DNA of 64,000 nt, from NCBI GenBank assembly GCA_023248155.1, contig JAHFFE010000002.1, positions 256,864 through 320,863 on the forward strand, written 5' to 3'. This DNA is from Candidatus Omnitrophota bacterium (lineage in GTDB: Bacteria > Omnitrophota > Gorgyraeia > 1-14-0-20-64-10). Position numbers and translations under genes: made by a program. Shown here piece after piece: positions 42,062 to 53,395 of the stretch; the stretch's first letter is position 1; every line of letters starts with the position of its first letter. Below the pieces are notes generated by a model, which was given only the letters and a program-made list of their open reading frames with translations, was not told the DNA's origin and did not search any database.

Positions 42062-42798
42062 CATCGCTATTACTTGTTCTTGACGCCGGCAACACCAGCA
42101 TTACGCTGGGACTCTTCCGCGGTGAAAAATTAATTCGCCGAGGGCATATTCCCACTGCCGGTACTCGTCATGCAAAAGAAATATCGCGGTTTATTTCCGG
42201 CCTGCCGGTGGAAACGGCGATTCTCTCCAGTGTGGTTCCTTCCGCCACGCGGTCGCTCAAAAAAACGTTCCGCGCTCTGTGCATTTCTCTTTTTGTCACC
42301 GGCGAGAATATCAAAATACCGGTCGTCAATAAATACCGTATTCCGTCCCAGGTGGGGCAAGACCGGCTCGTCAATGCGGTGGCCGCCTGCGAGCGGTATG
42401 GCGCGCCGGCCATCATCGCCGATTTTGGCACCGGTCTTACGATCGACCTAGTCTCAGCCCGCCGCGAATATTTAGGCGGCCTGATTATCCCCGGCATTAA
42501 CCTGGCGCTGGAAGCGCTCACGCACCGCGCGGCACTGCTTCCTAAAATAACACTGGCGCCGCCCAAAGAATTTTTAGGCCGCGATACAAAATCCAGCATG
42601 CGCAGCGGCATTTTTTACGGGTATGGCGCGATCTGCGACGGCATCGTTGCCCGGCTCAAAAAGCAGGCTCCGCGGGCCAGGGTAGTCGCCACGGGCGGCC
42701 AGGCCCGGCTCATTAAACCGTTCTGCAAATCAATCCAGATCGTTGACCCCGACCTGACGCTCTACGGCTTGTTCTACACTTACCAAGCATCATTTTGA
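42058..42798 (+). CDS. coaX: Type III pantothenate kinase
   Basis: DAGNT, SSVVP, GQDR, DFGT..T.D, GG.I.PG, ATGG. Confidence 0.96.
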   Translation: MTSLLLVLDAGNTSITLGLFRGEKLIRRGHIPTAGTRHAKEISRFISGLPVETAILSSVVPSATRSLKKTFRALCISLFVTGENIKIPVVNKYRIPSQVGQDRLVNAVAACERYGAPAIIADFGTGLTIDLVSARREYLGGLIIPGINLALEALTHRAALLPKITLAPPKEFLGRDTKSSMRSGIFYGYGAICDGIVARLKKQAPRARVVATGGQARLIKPFCKSIQIVDPDLTLYGLFYTYQASF

Positions 42799-42856
42799 CT
42801 TGATATTTCACTAACCACCAGCCATACTTCCTATATAAGCCGTATTTTTCAACCTG

Positions 42857-42884
42857 GCCGGAACTGTTTTTCCGGTTTTGTTTT
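42857..42884 (+). terminator. Terminator-like hairpin between coaX and the large gene
   Basis: GCCGGAA/TTCCGGT stem followed by TTTGTTTT. Confidence 0.45.
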
Positions 42885-42921
42885 GGGGGATTTCTAGACT
42901 GTTTTTTAAAGGATAAACAGT

Positions 42922-45900
42922 ATGCTTGAACGCAAAAAATTAAGACACCTTAAAACAATCCTTTGCCTGACGCTGGCCATCGTTATGGCGTTGCCGCCGC
43001 CCTTTCTTTTTGCAGCTTCTTCCAATACAAATCATCTTCGTATGGCCCAGATTCAAGATAGTCGTTCCAACCCCATTCGTACCGGTCTGGAAGAATCTCT
43101 GCGCGGCGCGCTGGAGGAAAATACAGGCGAAAATAGAGCCGAACATCCGGACGTTTCCCTCAACCCGGTTTCTTTCTACATTGAAGCTTTCGGAGAAAGC
43201 ATTAGTGCTGCGAAGAGTTCTCTGGGCGCTCCTACGTCTGTTAGCTGGGCTGGCTTTTTGAGGAATGAACTGCCCTCTGTTGAATGGCAATTTGAACATC
43301 TAATAAGACCTATCCAAAATAACCTCCCCGCTTTTCTGCGTTTTTTGAAATCAAGCGATGCCGTCACTTCTGATTTGTTGGCGGAAGCTCGTTCGGAGAT
43401 CGCGAAGGAAGTGGGGCTGCCTTCCGATCAGATTTTCTTTATCCGGCCAAATGACTATTTGGTGTGGGGTTTGTTTTACGGCCTGAATGATTTCGAAGGA
43501 CCGTCCGGAGAACTGCGGCCCCATTTGGGTACTCGGGGCTTTCATGTGGCTGTTCCCGATGCGTCAGGGCAGCCAGTCAGGCTATTGTTTATTCGAAATG
43601 ATCTGAATGATTTCAATGGATTAGCAACGCTTGCTCACGAAGTGGCGCACTCTCGGCAGGATGTTAACGCTTTGGACTTGTATCATCGGAATGAGTTGGG
43701 GCGCAGTATCATCGAAGGCCTTCAGCAAGATCAGGAATATCAGATTTTATTATCTTTAGCTCAGAGGGAAACCGCTTTTGGACAGAGAGTTGCCCAAGTC
43801 ATTCAGGATGAATTTCGGGAAACCGCCTCTACTAGCGAACAGCGGATTCCCAAGGACCTTTCAATGCAATTGGGATCATTATTGTGGGACATTGATTATC
43901 AACAGGAGCACCTGTTTGTTAGAAGTCTGAGGGACCGGATGGTGGAAGCGGCGGGAGAAGCAGCGGCAGAAGCAGCGCTTCAAGAAGTTTACCAGAGAGG
44001 TAACTTGACCGCGGTTAGCTCAGCGCTTGTTGGATCTTCGCGCTACGAGCTGACGTCGTCTATTCTCGATCAGTTTCGGCAACTGCAGGCGCGTAATGAG
44101 CGGTTCTATCAACATGTTGGATTAAGCCTGGCCTCCCACTTTGGACTTGGTTCCAGGGAATACACGCCGCGTGAAACAGAATTGCTTCTGGAATTTTTTG
44201 AAACATTGGTTGATCTACTGTCGAAGAATATAGCTTTCCAAAAGGAAGAAAACGACCCCTTTTCGCTTTCAGAAGATGTTATTGATCTGGCAGAAGCGTA
44301 TCTGCAAGGGGGAATTTCCAGAGAAGAAGCTCCAGGGAACATCGCTAATCTTTTCGACAACTTTGAACCCGATACCTCTGAATCCGGTTTGGAAGAAGCA
44401 GAGGCGCGGGTTCAGAAGATTCTGCAGATTCTTCGGGAAGGGAATGCAAAAGAAGAGGGAGGGGTTCTGCTTAATCTCGACAGACTTCTTACGCCCGAGC
44501 CCCATCCGGCGTTGGTTCAGCAGGCAAAACTTGTAGTGACAGAGTTCGTCCAAAACTTATCCACAACCGACTTGGATATGAGGCGAGTTTCAGTAAGAGG
44601 GTTACAGCGTCTCATGCCACACGCTGCTTTTCGAGATGCGATGGTTGGAACCGGTCTGGTCCAAGCTGCGATAGAGCATCCGTCCTATCATCTGATGGGC
44701 TATCCTAGCTCAGATTTGACAGGAACCTTGTCTCCGTTAATTCCGGATGAGCGTTTTAGAAATGAGTTCTCTGAGGGAGTTCTTCGATTGCTTCTGCTGA
44801 TGGCCTCTTCCGAAAAATCATTGCTTCGTGATGATGCGAAAAAGCTTCTGTCCGCCATCAGTGCCGACCCAGGGTTTTACCCTGTTTTGGTTGTTCAGAT
44901 TCCAACATTAGTTGACTGGACCATTTACGGTGATCAAAACAACATCTTCTTGCGTAGCGACAGTTATGAGCTCCTTGAGGCCATGGCCAAAGCCGACCAT
45001 CGCCTTTACTGGCCCGAGCTTTTAGCTCAAGTGCCGTATATTCTTGCGGCTCTGCCTCGGAGTCCTGTCTATGCAAGCGATTTGCTTAGAGACATTCTTA
45101 AGCAAATGGATTTAGCTCAAAATCCGGATCTCCAAAATGTATTAATTCGGGGAACCCCCTTACTCATAAAGCTTGCCTACGGTTTTGCCCAATCATCAGT
45201 TGTAAGAGATATTCTTCTCGATTTATCCAGGGCGGATAATCCTTTGTTCGATACGGCTCTTGCTTTGGAAGTGACAGGGCGGTTGTCTAAACTGGGGGAT
45301 TCAAATTTGGAAATTCGGTCTGAAGCCAGCTTTAGTCTGAATCGGATGGTGGGAAAAGGAGATTTTTCTCCGGTGCTGGCGGCTCATATCCCGGAGCTTG
45401 TTTCTCAGCTTAGTTCCCCAGAATGGGATGCCCGTTATCATGCAGGCAAAATTCTCTCTGAAATGGCTCTTAATCCGGCAAGAGTCTTTCATTCAGCATT
45501 GGCGCTGCAGATTCCGAATTTGTTTGAGCCCCTGGGTCATCAAAGCGACGTAGTCGCCGCGGCGACAAACAGCGTAGTCGCCGCTTTTCTGCAGGGCGGG
45601 GTCGCTCCGGGTGTTCTGGCGCTGCATTATTTAGTTCATTTCCCGCAATTGGCGGAACGCGGCGAAGCGCTGCTGCGCGCCCTATATCTCAAGGGGTTTT
45701 ATGCGGCACCGGTCTATGAACAAGCTGCTCGTTCAGTGCTTCAAAGCAATGGTTCAAGCCGTTGGCATGTGGAAAGTAATCAAGGAGGTCTTGTGTTGGT
45801 AGAAAGTTATGGCCGGCCGTTGGACATTCCGGCGGACGAGCGTGTTCCCCTCACTGATCCCGATGGAGATTCTATCGCGGACGCGAAACTGGAAATAGCT

Positions 45901-47436
45901 GAGGAAAATGATGAGTCATCCTACGGCGGCATAGCCGACCAGTTTTACCGAGTGGCGACATTAACTCGCGATGGAGAGAGACAAGGGCTTCTGCTTTATC
46001 AACCGGCACTGACAGCGTGGGAGAGTGCCACTACTCAGCAGAGGCAGCAGAAAGGCGCTGTTTTTGTGGGTATGTCACCGTACGCAGGGCAGGTCTTCTT
46101 CCTGATGCCGTGGGGAGAACTGCTGCAAATATGGGTGAACACCCAGGAGCTTCTGAATGATCAAGACCGCCGCGTTCGAGAAGCGCAAGCTTATTTTAAA
46201 GAACATCAGGATCTTTCGAGGTTAATGACGAATCTGACTGGCAATGACGATGATAAATACTTTATCTTTCAAAGTCTGATCGTAGAAATGCCGTTGGAAG
46301 GGGCATTTCTGGATGAAGAAAGCGGTCTTCCCATGAGTGTGGTAGCGGAGTTGACGTCCAAGGGCGTTGACAGAGAAGAGATAAGGCCCTTTGTGAATCA
46401 TGCCTTGGCGATATGGCTGGAGGAAGTCCAACAGGAAGGCGACCTCCGGTCGCTCTATGAGATGCTCTTTCATCTGATTTACTTCAAGATTTTGCCCGGT
46501 GAAATATCCGGATATCGCGATGTGATTCAGGTTCGACAGGGAGAGTTCAATGGCATGCAGGCAGAACAGATGTTAAACGAAGCCATTGCGCCCGATCTTC
46601 CTCCGGCCATTAGTGCGGGGATCACGAAAGAGGTTGCAGAAGGTGGCAGCGTTGGGCTTCGGCGTGGGGGTGTCTTCGATGTCCACGCCAAAACCACCTG
46701 GCAACTTTTGGCTGATTTAGAGACACGCGGCCGTGTCCAGACTCCGACAGCGCCCTCCCTCTCGTTGGGAGAAGAAGGGTGGACTCTTAAACTGCTGGGA
46801 GAACTTCAAAAAGGAACAATAGGTATTTATCTCAACAGCGATGCCCAGCCCTTGTCGCCAGATCGGTTTGGCGATGAATTTCCGGATGGAATCAGCCATC
46901 TTGTGATTAAGCCTGTGCCTTCTTCCGGCATGGAGGAAGAAACTGTTACCGTTACGCAAAATGGGCCGGTCATTACCACCACGGCCACGGCGCTGCGCAT
47001 CGAATGGAACAATTTCCCCAGGGTCACTATTTCTTCGACGATAACCGAGCCTAAGCGCGTATTGATTGTAACGCCGGATGGTTTAACCAAACTTTCGTTG
47101 GCGGCGGTCTTTGCCGGCCCCGACGGGAAGAGCCCGTTGATCATCGAAGCGCTGGCAGTCGATGATGCGCAGAAAGGTCGCGTCGAATCGGCTTTGCGCG
47201 AATTGGGTTTGACCAATATCCGCGTCCATAGCGTTAAATCAGAGTTTGGCGGGAATACCGGCGAGGGGATCGCTACTCTTGAGATGTTGCACTGGCAGCA
47301 GAACCAGCAAACTCTTGTAGTCACCGCTCTCACCGAGCTGGCAGATATTGCGCAGTTCCTGGGTGTTCCCGGCGCGGAATTGGAACTCTTTGGTGTTGAA
47401 GCGGCTGCCCAGAATAGCCAGTCGGTTTGGTCGTAA
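42922..47436 (+). CDS. Large (1504 aa) secreted modular protein: HExxH metalloprotease-like segment, HEAT/ARM-like repeats, GLEE-type linkers
   Basis: Uninterrupted ORF with AAGGA RBS; signal-peptide-like N-terminus; AHEVAH; TGLEE/SGLEE/SGMEE motifs. Confidence 0.8.
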   Translation: MLERKKLRHLKTILCLTLAIVMALPPPFLFAASSNTNHLRMAQIQDSRSNPIRTGLEESLRGALEENTGENRAEHPDVSLNPVSFYIEAFGESISAAKSSLGAPTSVSWAGFLRNELPSVEWQFEHLIRPIQNNLPAFLRFLKSSDAVTSDLLAEARSEIAKEVGLPSDQIFFIRPNDYLVWGLFYGLNDFEGPSGELRPHLGTRGFHVAVPDASGQPVRLLFIRNDLNDFNGLATLAHEVAHSRQDVNALDLYHRNELGRSIIEGLQQDQEYQILLSLAQRETAFGQRVAQVIQDEFRETASTSEQRIPKDLSMQLGSLLWDIDYQQEHLFVRSLRDRMVEAAGEAAAEAALQEVYQRGNLTAVSSALVGSSRYELTSSILDQFRQLQARNERFYQHVGLSLASHFGLGSREYTPRETELLLEFFETLVDLLSKNIAFQKEENDPFSLSEDVIDLAEAYLQGGISREEAPGNIANLFDNFEPDTSESGLEEAEARVQKILQILREGNAKEEGGVLLNLDRLLTPEPHPALVQQAKLVVTEFVQNLSTTDLDMRRVSVRGLQRLMPHAAFRDAMVGTGLVQAAIEHPSYHLMGYPSSDLTGTLSPLIPDERFRNEFSEGVLRLLLLMASSEKSLLRDDAKKLLSAISADPGFYPVLVVQIPTLVDWTIYGDQNNIFLRSDSYELLEAMAKADHRLYWPELLAQVPYILAALPRSPVYASDLLRDILKQMDLAQNPDLQNVLIRGTPLLIKLAYGFAQSSVVRDILLDLSRADNPLFDTALALEVTGRLSKLGDSNLEIRSEASFSLNRMVGKGDFSPVLAAHIPELVSQLSSPEWDARYHAGKILSEMALNPARVFHSALALQIPNLFEPLGHQSDVVAAATNSVVAAFLQGGVAPGVLALHYLVHFPQLAERGEALLRALYLKGFYAAPVYEQAARSVLQSNGSSRWHVESNQGGLVLVESYGRPLDIPADERVPLTDPDGDSIADAKLEIAEENDESSYGGIADQFYRVATLTRDGERQGLLLYQPALTAWESATTQQRQQKGAVFVGMSPYAGQVFFLMPWGELLQIWVNTQELLNDQDRRVREAQAYFKEHQDLSRLMTNLTGNDDDKYFIFQSLIVEMPLEGAFLDEESGLPMSVVAELTSKGVDREEIRPFVNHALAIWLEEVQQEGDLRSLYEMLFHLIYFKILPGEISGYRDVIQVRQGEFNGMQAEQMLNEAIAPDLPPAISAGITKEVAEGGSVGLRRGGVFDVHAKTTWQLLADLETRGRVQTPTAPSLSLGEEGWTLKLLGELQKGTIGIYLNSDAQPLSPDRFGDEFPDGISHLVIKPVPSSGMEEETVTVTQNGPVITTTATALRIEWNNFPRVTISSTITEPKRVLIVTPDGLTKLSLAAVFAGPDGKSPLIIEALAVDDAQKGRVESALRELGLTNIRVHSVKSEFGGNTGEGIATLEMLHWQQNQQTLVVTALTELADIAQFLGVPGAELELFGVEAAAQNSQSVWS

Positions 47437-47468
47437 AAAAGAAACGGTCAGGGATTATAATAACGTTC

Positions 47469-49643
47469 ATGCGTTGTTTTAAGAAATTCTCTCCGCTGTT
47501 ACTAACATTCCTTATCGTAACTTCCGGTTGTTCTAAGCCGAAGGAACCCCCGCAGTCATTTTTCTCCGAAATGGATCATCTGTCTGAAACGGGCAATTAC
47601 ACCCAGCTGGTCAAAGCGGCGCAGACGATGGCAAAAAAACATCCCGATTCCGGCCGTCTGCAGCGCATTATAGGAAACGCCGAATTCTCCCAAACTCATT
47701 TTTCCGAAGCGGCCGATGCGTTGCAATCGGCGGTTGATCGCGGGTATGGCGGCGCTGAAACGCGCCGGATGCTGGGTCTCTCTTATTTTTATACCGGCGA
47801 TTTCGACGAAGCGGCCGCGCAATTAGAAGCGGTCTTGCGTCAGCAATCGCTGGACACCGAGGCGATGCGGCATCTGGGCTATCTCTATTATTACCTTGGC
47901 CAGGGCGCGAAAGCGGTGGCGGTGTTCGAAAAGCTCCGAGATGAAAACCCGCAAGACCTCGAATCGCTGATCGCGCTTGATGGATTATTGGCGCTCACTA
48001 AAAAATGGCAGGCCGCGCAAATGATCTGGTATTCCGAGCCGTCGTCAGGCTTGCAATTTTGTTATCCGGGCGGCTGGCTGCGCGAAGACAAAGAAAAATT
48101 AATTTCATCGGGCAAAACAATTTCCCGCTTGTTTTACCAGCCGCTGGTTTCTTCGGGCGGCCGCTTTTCAGGCATCTCGATGATGCTGGTCTCGGTCGAT
48201 AATGCCCGCCATGTTCCCTCTGAAAATCTTTTGAAAGGCCCCTGGCGGATGAGTGGCCAAACAGCCGAAGGTGAAAATATTTACTCCAATCTCTCGGGCA
48301 ACGCGGATTCTCCAAAGACTCAGGCGGTTTCGCGCGAGCCGGAAGAAATCACCCGCTGGCTCAGCCGGCAGGGGACCCGCATGATATCCAGCAGTTATAA
48401 TCTGGCATTCAAAGAGAGAAAAATTTCTTCGTGGGTCGGCGTGCGCGGCCAGGCCCGATATTGTCTTGGAGAAGAATTGGGTGAAGACGAGTCCGGCCGC
48501 CTGATTTACGGAAACAGCGCCGGCATTTACGATCCCGGCGCCGATCACTTTTTTCTGCTGATGGTGTATGGGCCGTCCGACAGAAAAGAAGACACGGCCG
48601 CTCTGTTTCGCGCGGTTTTTCAGACGGCGTTGTTTGGCGGGGTGGCCGGCATTCCGCCGGCGCCGGGTGAATGGCTGCCTGAAAAAGAGTATATCGCCCG
48701 CACCCAGGGTTTCCTGCAGAACGACGCTTCCGCCCGCGCGCTCACCGAGGCCAAAGAGGGAATAAAAGCCTATCCCAATTCCGGCGAAATGTTTTTCTGG
48801 GCCGGCAAATCGCACGCCGCTCTCTGGGATATGGAAGAAGCCGCCAAGGCCTACGAGCAGGCGAAAGAAAAAGGGTTTTCTTCCGCCGAATTGGAATTCG
48901 CGCTGGGCCAGTCGCGGTTGATGCTGGGCCAGTATGCCGAAGCCGAGAAAGCGTTTCTTCGCGGGTTGCAAATCGATTCGGCCAATGTTGAGGTGTTGAT
49001 GGGGCTTGCCAAAACCAGCTTCTGGCAAAACCAGATGGACCGGTCGATTGAACTATTTGAAAAAATCCCGAAAGATTCCGCCCGATTTGAAGAAGCCGCT
49101 TATTATGCCGGCGCGGTTCGCGCGCTGCAGGGGATCCCGGGCCCGGTGCAGTGGTACTCGTCTCAAAACGGAAGTTCTTTTTGTTATCCCGCCAACTGGG
49201 AGGCGCATGAATCAACCGAGCCGGACGGAAAGAATCAAATCATTTTTTACGACCGTTCCTGGTACCAGGCAGGCAGTCTTCCGGAAAGTATCCTTTTATA
49301 CGAGTGGCAGGACAGCGCTTCTCATCGCACCCAGAAAATCCGCGTAAAATCTCCGCCCGAGCAGATCCTCAACGAATTTTTCACCGACTATTGGGAAAAA
49401 CTGCCCGATCCGCTCAAAACCATTAAGTCGGTCAGCCCCATATTAAGGAAGGGCAGCGACCGTTTCTTGTGGGCCGAAGGTTCCTATACCGAAAACTCAA
49501 TCCGTAAAACCGTCCGCTGGCTGGCCTGCTACAATCCCGAAAAAGACCGCCTCCATCTGCTTGAATTTCATTCCGCCGGAACTTCTCTCGGCAAATGGTC
49601 GCTTTTTGCCGATGTCTGCCTGAATACCGCCCATTTCGAATAA
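47469..49643 (+). CDS. TPR-repeat lipoprotein with duplicated TPR + PsbP-like architecture
   Basis: Lipobox-like VTSGC; TPR helices; FCYPGGW and FCYPANW repeated; start ATG 47469 preferred. Confidence 0.8.
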   Translation: MRCFKKFSPLLLTFLIVTSGCSKPKEPPQSFFSEMDHLSETGNYTQLVKAAQTMAKKHPDSGRLQRIIGNAEFSQTHFSEAADALQSAVDRGYGGAETRRMLGLSYFYTGDFDEAAAQLEAVLRQQSLDTEAMRHLGYLYYYLGQGAKAVAVFEKLRDENPQDLESLIALDGLLALTKKWQAAQMIWYSEPSSGLQFCYPGGWLREDKEKLISSGKTISRLFYQPLVSSGGRFSGISMMLVSVDNARHVPSENLLKGPWRMSGQTAEGENIYSNLSGNADSPKTQAVSREPEEITRWLSRQGTRMISSSYNLAFKERKISSWVGVRGQARYCLGEELGEDESGRLIYGNSAGIYDPGADHFFLLMVYGPSDRKEDTAALFRAVFQTALFGGVAGIPPAPGEWLPEKEYIARTQGFLQNDASARALTEAKEGIKAYPNSGEMFFWAGKSHAALWDMEEAAKAYEQAKEKGFSSAELEFALGQSRLMLGQYAEAEKAFLRGLQIDSANVEVLMGLAKTSFWQNQMDRSIELFEKIPKDSARFEEAAYYAGAVRALQGIPGPVQWYSSQNGSSFCYPANWEAHESTEPDGKNQIIFYDRSWYQAGSLPESILLYEWQDSASHRTQKIRVKSPPEQILNEFFTDYWEKLPDPLKTIKSVSPILRKGSDRFLWAEGSYTENSIRKTVRWLACYNPEKDRLHLLEFHSAGTSLGKWSLFADVCLNTAHFE

Positions 49644-49646
49644 TAG

Positions 49647-49674
49647 TTGACAACCAGTTCCCGCGTGGTACTAT
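49647..49674 (+). promoter_or_regulatory. sigma70 promoter of the groE operon
   Basis: TTGACA, 16-nt spacer, extended -10 TGgTACTAT, directly upstream of CIRCE. Confidence 0.75.
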
Positions 49675-49684
49675 ATCCCTGCGA

Positions 49685-49711
49685 TTAGCACTCTGCACCA
49701 GAGACCGCTAA
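49685..49711. promoter_or_regulatory. CIRCE element (HrcA operator)
   Basis: TTAGCACTC-N9-GACCGCTAA vs consensus TTAGCACTC-N9-GAGTGCTAA, upstream of groES. Confidence 0.88.
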
Positions 49712-49743
49712 TAAGTACTGCATAAATCAACCGAGGAGATGTA

Positions 49744-50043
49744 ATGGCGATTCAACCGTTGAATGACCGTATTTTAATCAAGCTGGAAGATCAGGAAGAC
49801 AAATCATCCGGCGGCATTATTTTGCCGGACTCCGCCCAGGAGAAACCGCATATGGGCAAGGTGGTTTCGGTAGGCAAGGGCAAAGTTTTGGAAGACGGCA
49901 CCGTCCGTCCGCTGGAAGTTAAAACGGGCGATACCATTTTGTTCGGCCGCTACACCGGAACCGAAGTTGTCTTCGACGACAAGGAATATACGATCCTCCG
50001 CGAAGACGATGTTCTGGCTATTGTCAGAGAACACCGTAAGTAA
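49744..50043 (+). CDS. groES: Co-chaperonin GroES (copy 1)
   Basis: [27 protein letters not shown]. Confidence 0.97.
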   Translation: MAIQPLNDRILIKLEDQEDKSSGGIILPDSAQEKPHMGKVVSVGKGKVLEDGTVRPLEVKTGDTILFGRYTGTEVVFDDKEYTILREDDVLAIVREHRK

Positions 50044-50066
50044 TTACCCCACTATTAAAGGAGTAA

Positions 50067-51713
<1,647 letters not shown>

Positions 51714-51716
51714 TCC

Positions 51717-52007
51717 ATGATGAATCTAAAGCCTCTCGGCGATAAAGTAATCGTGGAAGTGCTCGGCTCGGCCGAAAAGACCAAGAGCGGACTCTACCTG
51801 CCGGATACCGCGCAGGAAAAACCGCAGGAGGCCAAGGTATTAGCGGTCGGTTCAGGGCGCGTTCTGCCCAACGGCAAAGTGGTTCCGCCGGATCTCAAGG
51901 CGGGCGACATTGTTCTGTTCGGCAAGTACTCCGGCAACGAGGTCACACTCGACGGCAAGGAGTATTTGATCATCGGTCAGGACGATGTTTTGGCTGTTAT
52001 CAAGTGA
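51717..52007 (+). CDS. groES: Co-chaperonin GroES (copy 2)
   Basis: KPLGDKV, KSGLYLPDTAQEKP, GKYSG, DDVLA. Confidence 0.96.
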   Translation: MMNLKPLGDKVIVEVLGSAEKTKSGLYLPDTAQEKPQEAKVLAVGSGRVLPNGKVVPPDLKAGDIVLFGKYSGNEVTLDGKEYLIIGQDDVLAVIK

Positions 52008-52015
52008 AATAGATA

Positions 52016-52046
52016 GTCATCCCCGAATCGTTTTTGTCGGGGATCT
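52016..52046 (+). repeat. REP-like palindromic repeat, copy 1
   Basis: GTCATCCCCGAATCGTTTTTGTCGGGGATCT; near-identical copy at 58035. Confidence 0.8.
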
Positions 52047-52061
52047 AAAATCGTAAACAGT

Positions 52062-52093
52062 CGGCCGGGGAAAACTCCCGGCCGTTTTGTTTT
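52062..52093 (+). terminator. Intrinsic terminator of the groE operon
   Basis: CGGCCGGG/CCCGGCCG stem followed by TTTTGTTTT. Confidence 0.85.
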
Positions 52094-52119
52094 GAGGGAG
52101 AGTTAAAACTAAAAATCTC

Positions 52120-53268
52120 ATGAGGACTGGAAGAAACGACCCGTGTCTATGTGGCAGCGGAAAAAAATACAAGAAATGTTGTCTTGAGCGAATCTCTGTG
52201 CCGACTGTTCCTATTGAGATTTTAATGGAGTTAAGGGATCGTGAGCAAAAGTTGCGAACATGGAAACAGCAATATGGAGATGTTCGCCCTCCGATAGCGT
52301 TTGATTTTAAAGGAAAAAAACTTGTTGTATCAGGCAGTCGGGTGCATTACGCAAATGTTGATCAGTGGAGATTTATACCAGATTTTTTGATGAATTATTT
52401 ACCTGTGACTCTGGGAAAAGAATGGGGAGATGCAGAATTAAAGAAACCATTCCAAGAACAGCACCCGATTGTCCAATGGCGGACCAAAACCCTGGAATAT
52501 ATGGGAAAACAAAAAAAAGAAGAAAACGGTTCTTACTCTGCTGTTGCCAGTGGATTTATGGCTGCATTCTTATCGCTCGCTTGGGATATTTATGTAGTCC
52601 AAGACAATGGTCGATTAGATAGTTCTTTATTAGAGCGATTAAAACACAAGGAGCAATTTCAAGGTGCTCGTCACGAGTTGTTTGCTGAAGCTACCTGTCT
52701 TCGTGCAGGCTATTCTATTGTTCATGAAAACGAGAAAGATGGTAGAACAAGGCACGCTGAATTCAGCGCAACACATAAAGAAACCGGTCAAAAAATCTCT
52801 GTTGAAGCAAAAAGCAGGCATCGTCCAGGAGTGCTTGGATATCCAGGTGTGCCAAAAGCGGAAGACAAAATGAGTTTAAGATTTGGTCAGCTTCTTAACG
52901 ATGCTATTAATAAACAGCCGCCTTACCCGCTCGTTGTTTTTATAGACACTAATCTTCCCGCCAGTATTGCCGACAGAGTGTATGCCCCGGCCTCCATCAA
53001 TCCGTTTAGTCCGTCACGAGTCATAAATCAATTATTAGAGCAAACAAACAAAAATCATGGGGGCACAGATCCCTGCAACCTCGTAGTATTTACAAATCAT
53101 CCGCATCATTACAGCAAGGATGAGGAGTTAGATCCGAAAAGTCACAATTTGTCGATCATGGCTCAAATTCCTCAGAAAAAACCAACACATCCGCTCAGTA
53201 TATTGAAAATTCATGAGGCCGCTTGTCTTTATGGGTGTGTTCCAAATGAATTTCCACAGATAAAATAA
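52120..53268 (+). CDS. SEC-C motif protein with a putative PD-(D/E)xK-like nuclease domain
   Basis: GRNDPCLCGSGKKYKKCC at the N-terminus; HAEF...ISVEAKS; visibly AT-richer than core genes. Confidence 0.8.
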   Translation: MRTGRNDPCLCGSGKKYKKCCLERISVPTVPIEILMELRDREQKLRTWKQQYGDVRPPIAFDFKGKKLVVSGSRVHYANVDQWRFIPDFLMNYLPVTLGKEWGDAELKKPFQEQHPIVQWRTKTLEYMGKQKKEENGSYSAVASGFMAAFLSLAWDIYVVQDNGRLDSSLLERLKHKEQFQGARHELFAEATCLRAGYSIVHENEKDGRTRHAEFSATHKETGQKISVEAKSRHRPGVLGYPGVPKAEDKMSLRFGQLLNDAINKQPPYPLVVFIDTNLPASIADRVYAPASINPFSPSRVINQLLEQTNKNHGGTDPCNLVVFTNHPHHYSKDEELDPKSHNLSIMAQIPQKKPTHPLSILKIHEAACLYGCVPNEFPQIK

Positions 53269-53285
53269 CGCAAAAAGTTTGGCGA

Positions 53286-53312
53286 ATAGCGGTACCGGGT
53301 ACCGCGGGGACA
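53286..53312 (+). repeat. Type-B repeat, copy 1
   Basis: ATAGCGGTACCGGGTACCGCGGGGACA. Confidence 0.85.
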
Positions 53313-53323
53313 GGTTAAAATAG

Positions 53324-53348
53324 ATCCGGCACTTTTGGAAACGGTACC
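53324..53348 (-). repeat. Type-A repeat, copy 1 (inverted)
   Basis: Reverse complement reads GGTACCGTTTCCAAAAGTGCCGGAT. Confidence 0.85.
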
Positions 53349-53395
53349 TAACAGTAACTAGGTGACGTGGGAATCAAACTATTGAGAGGGTTAAG

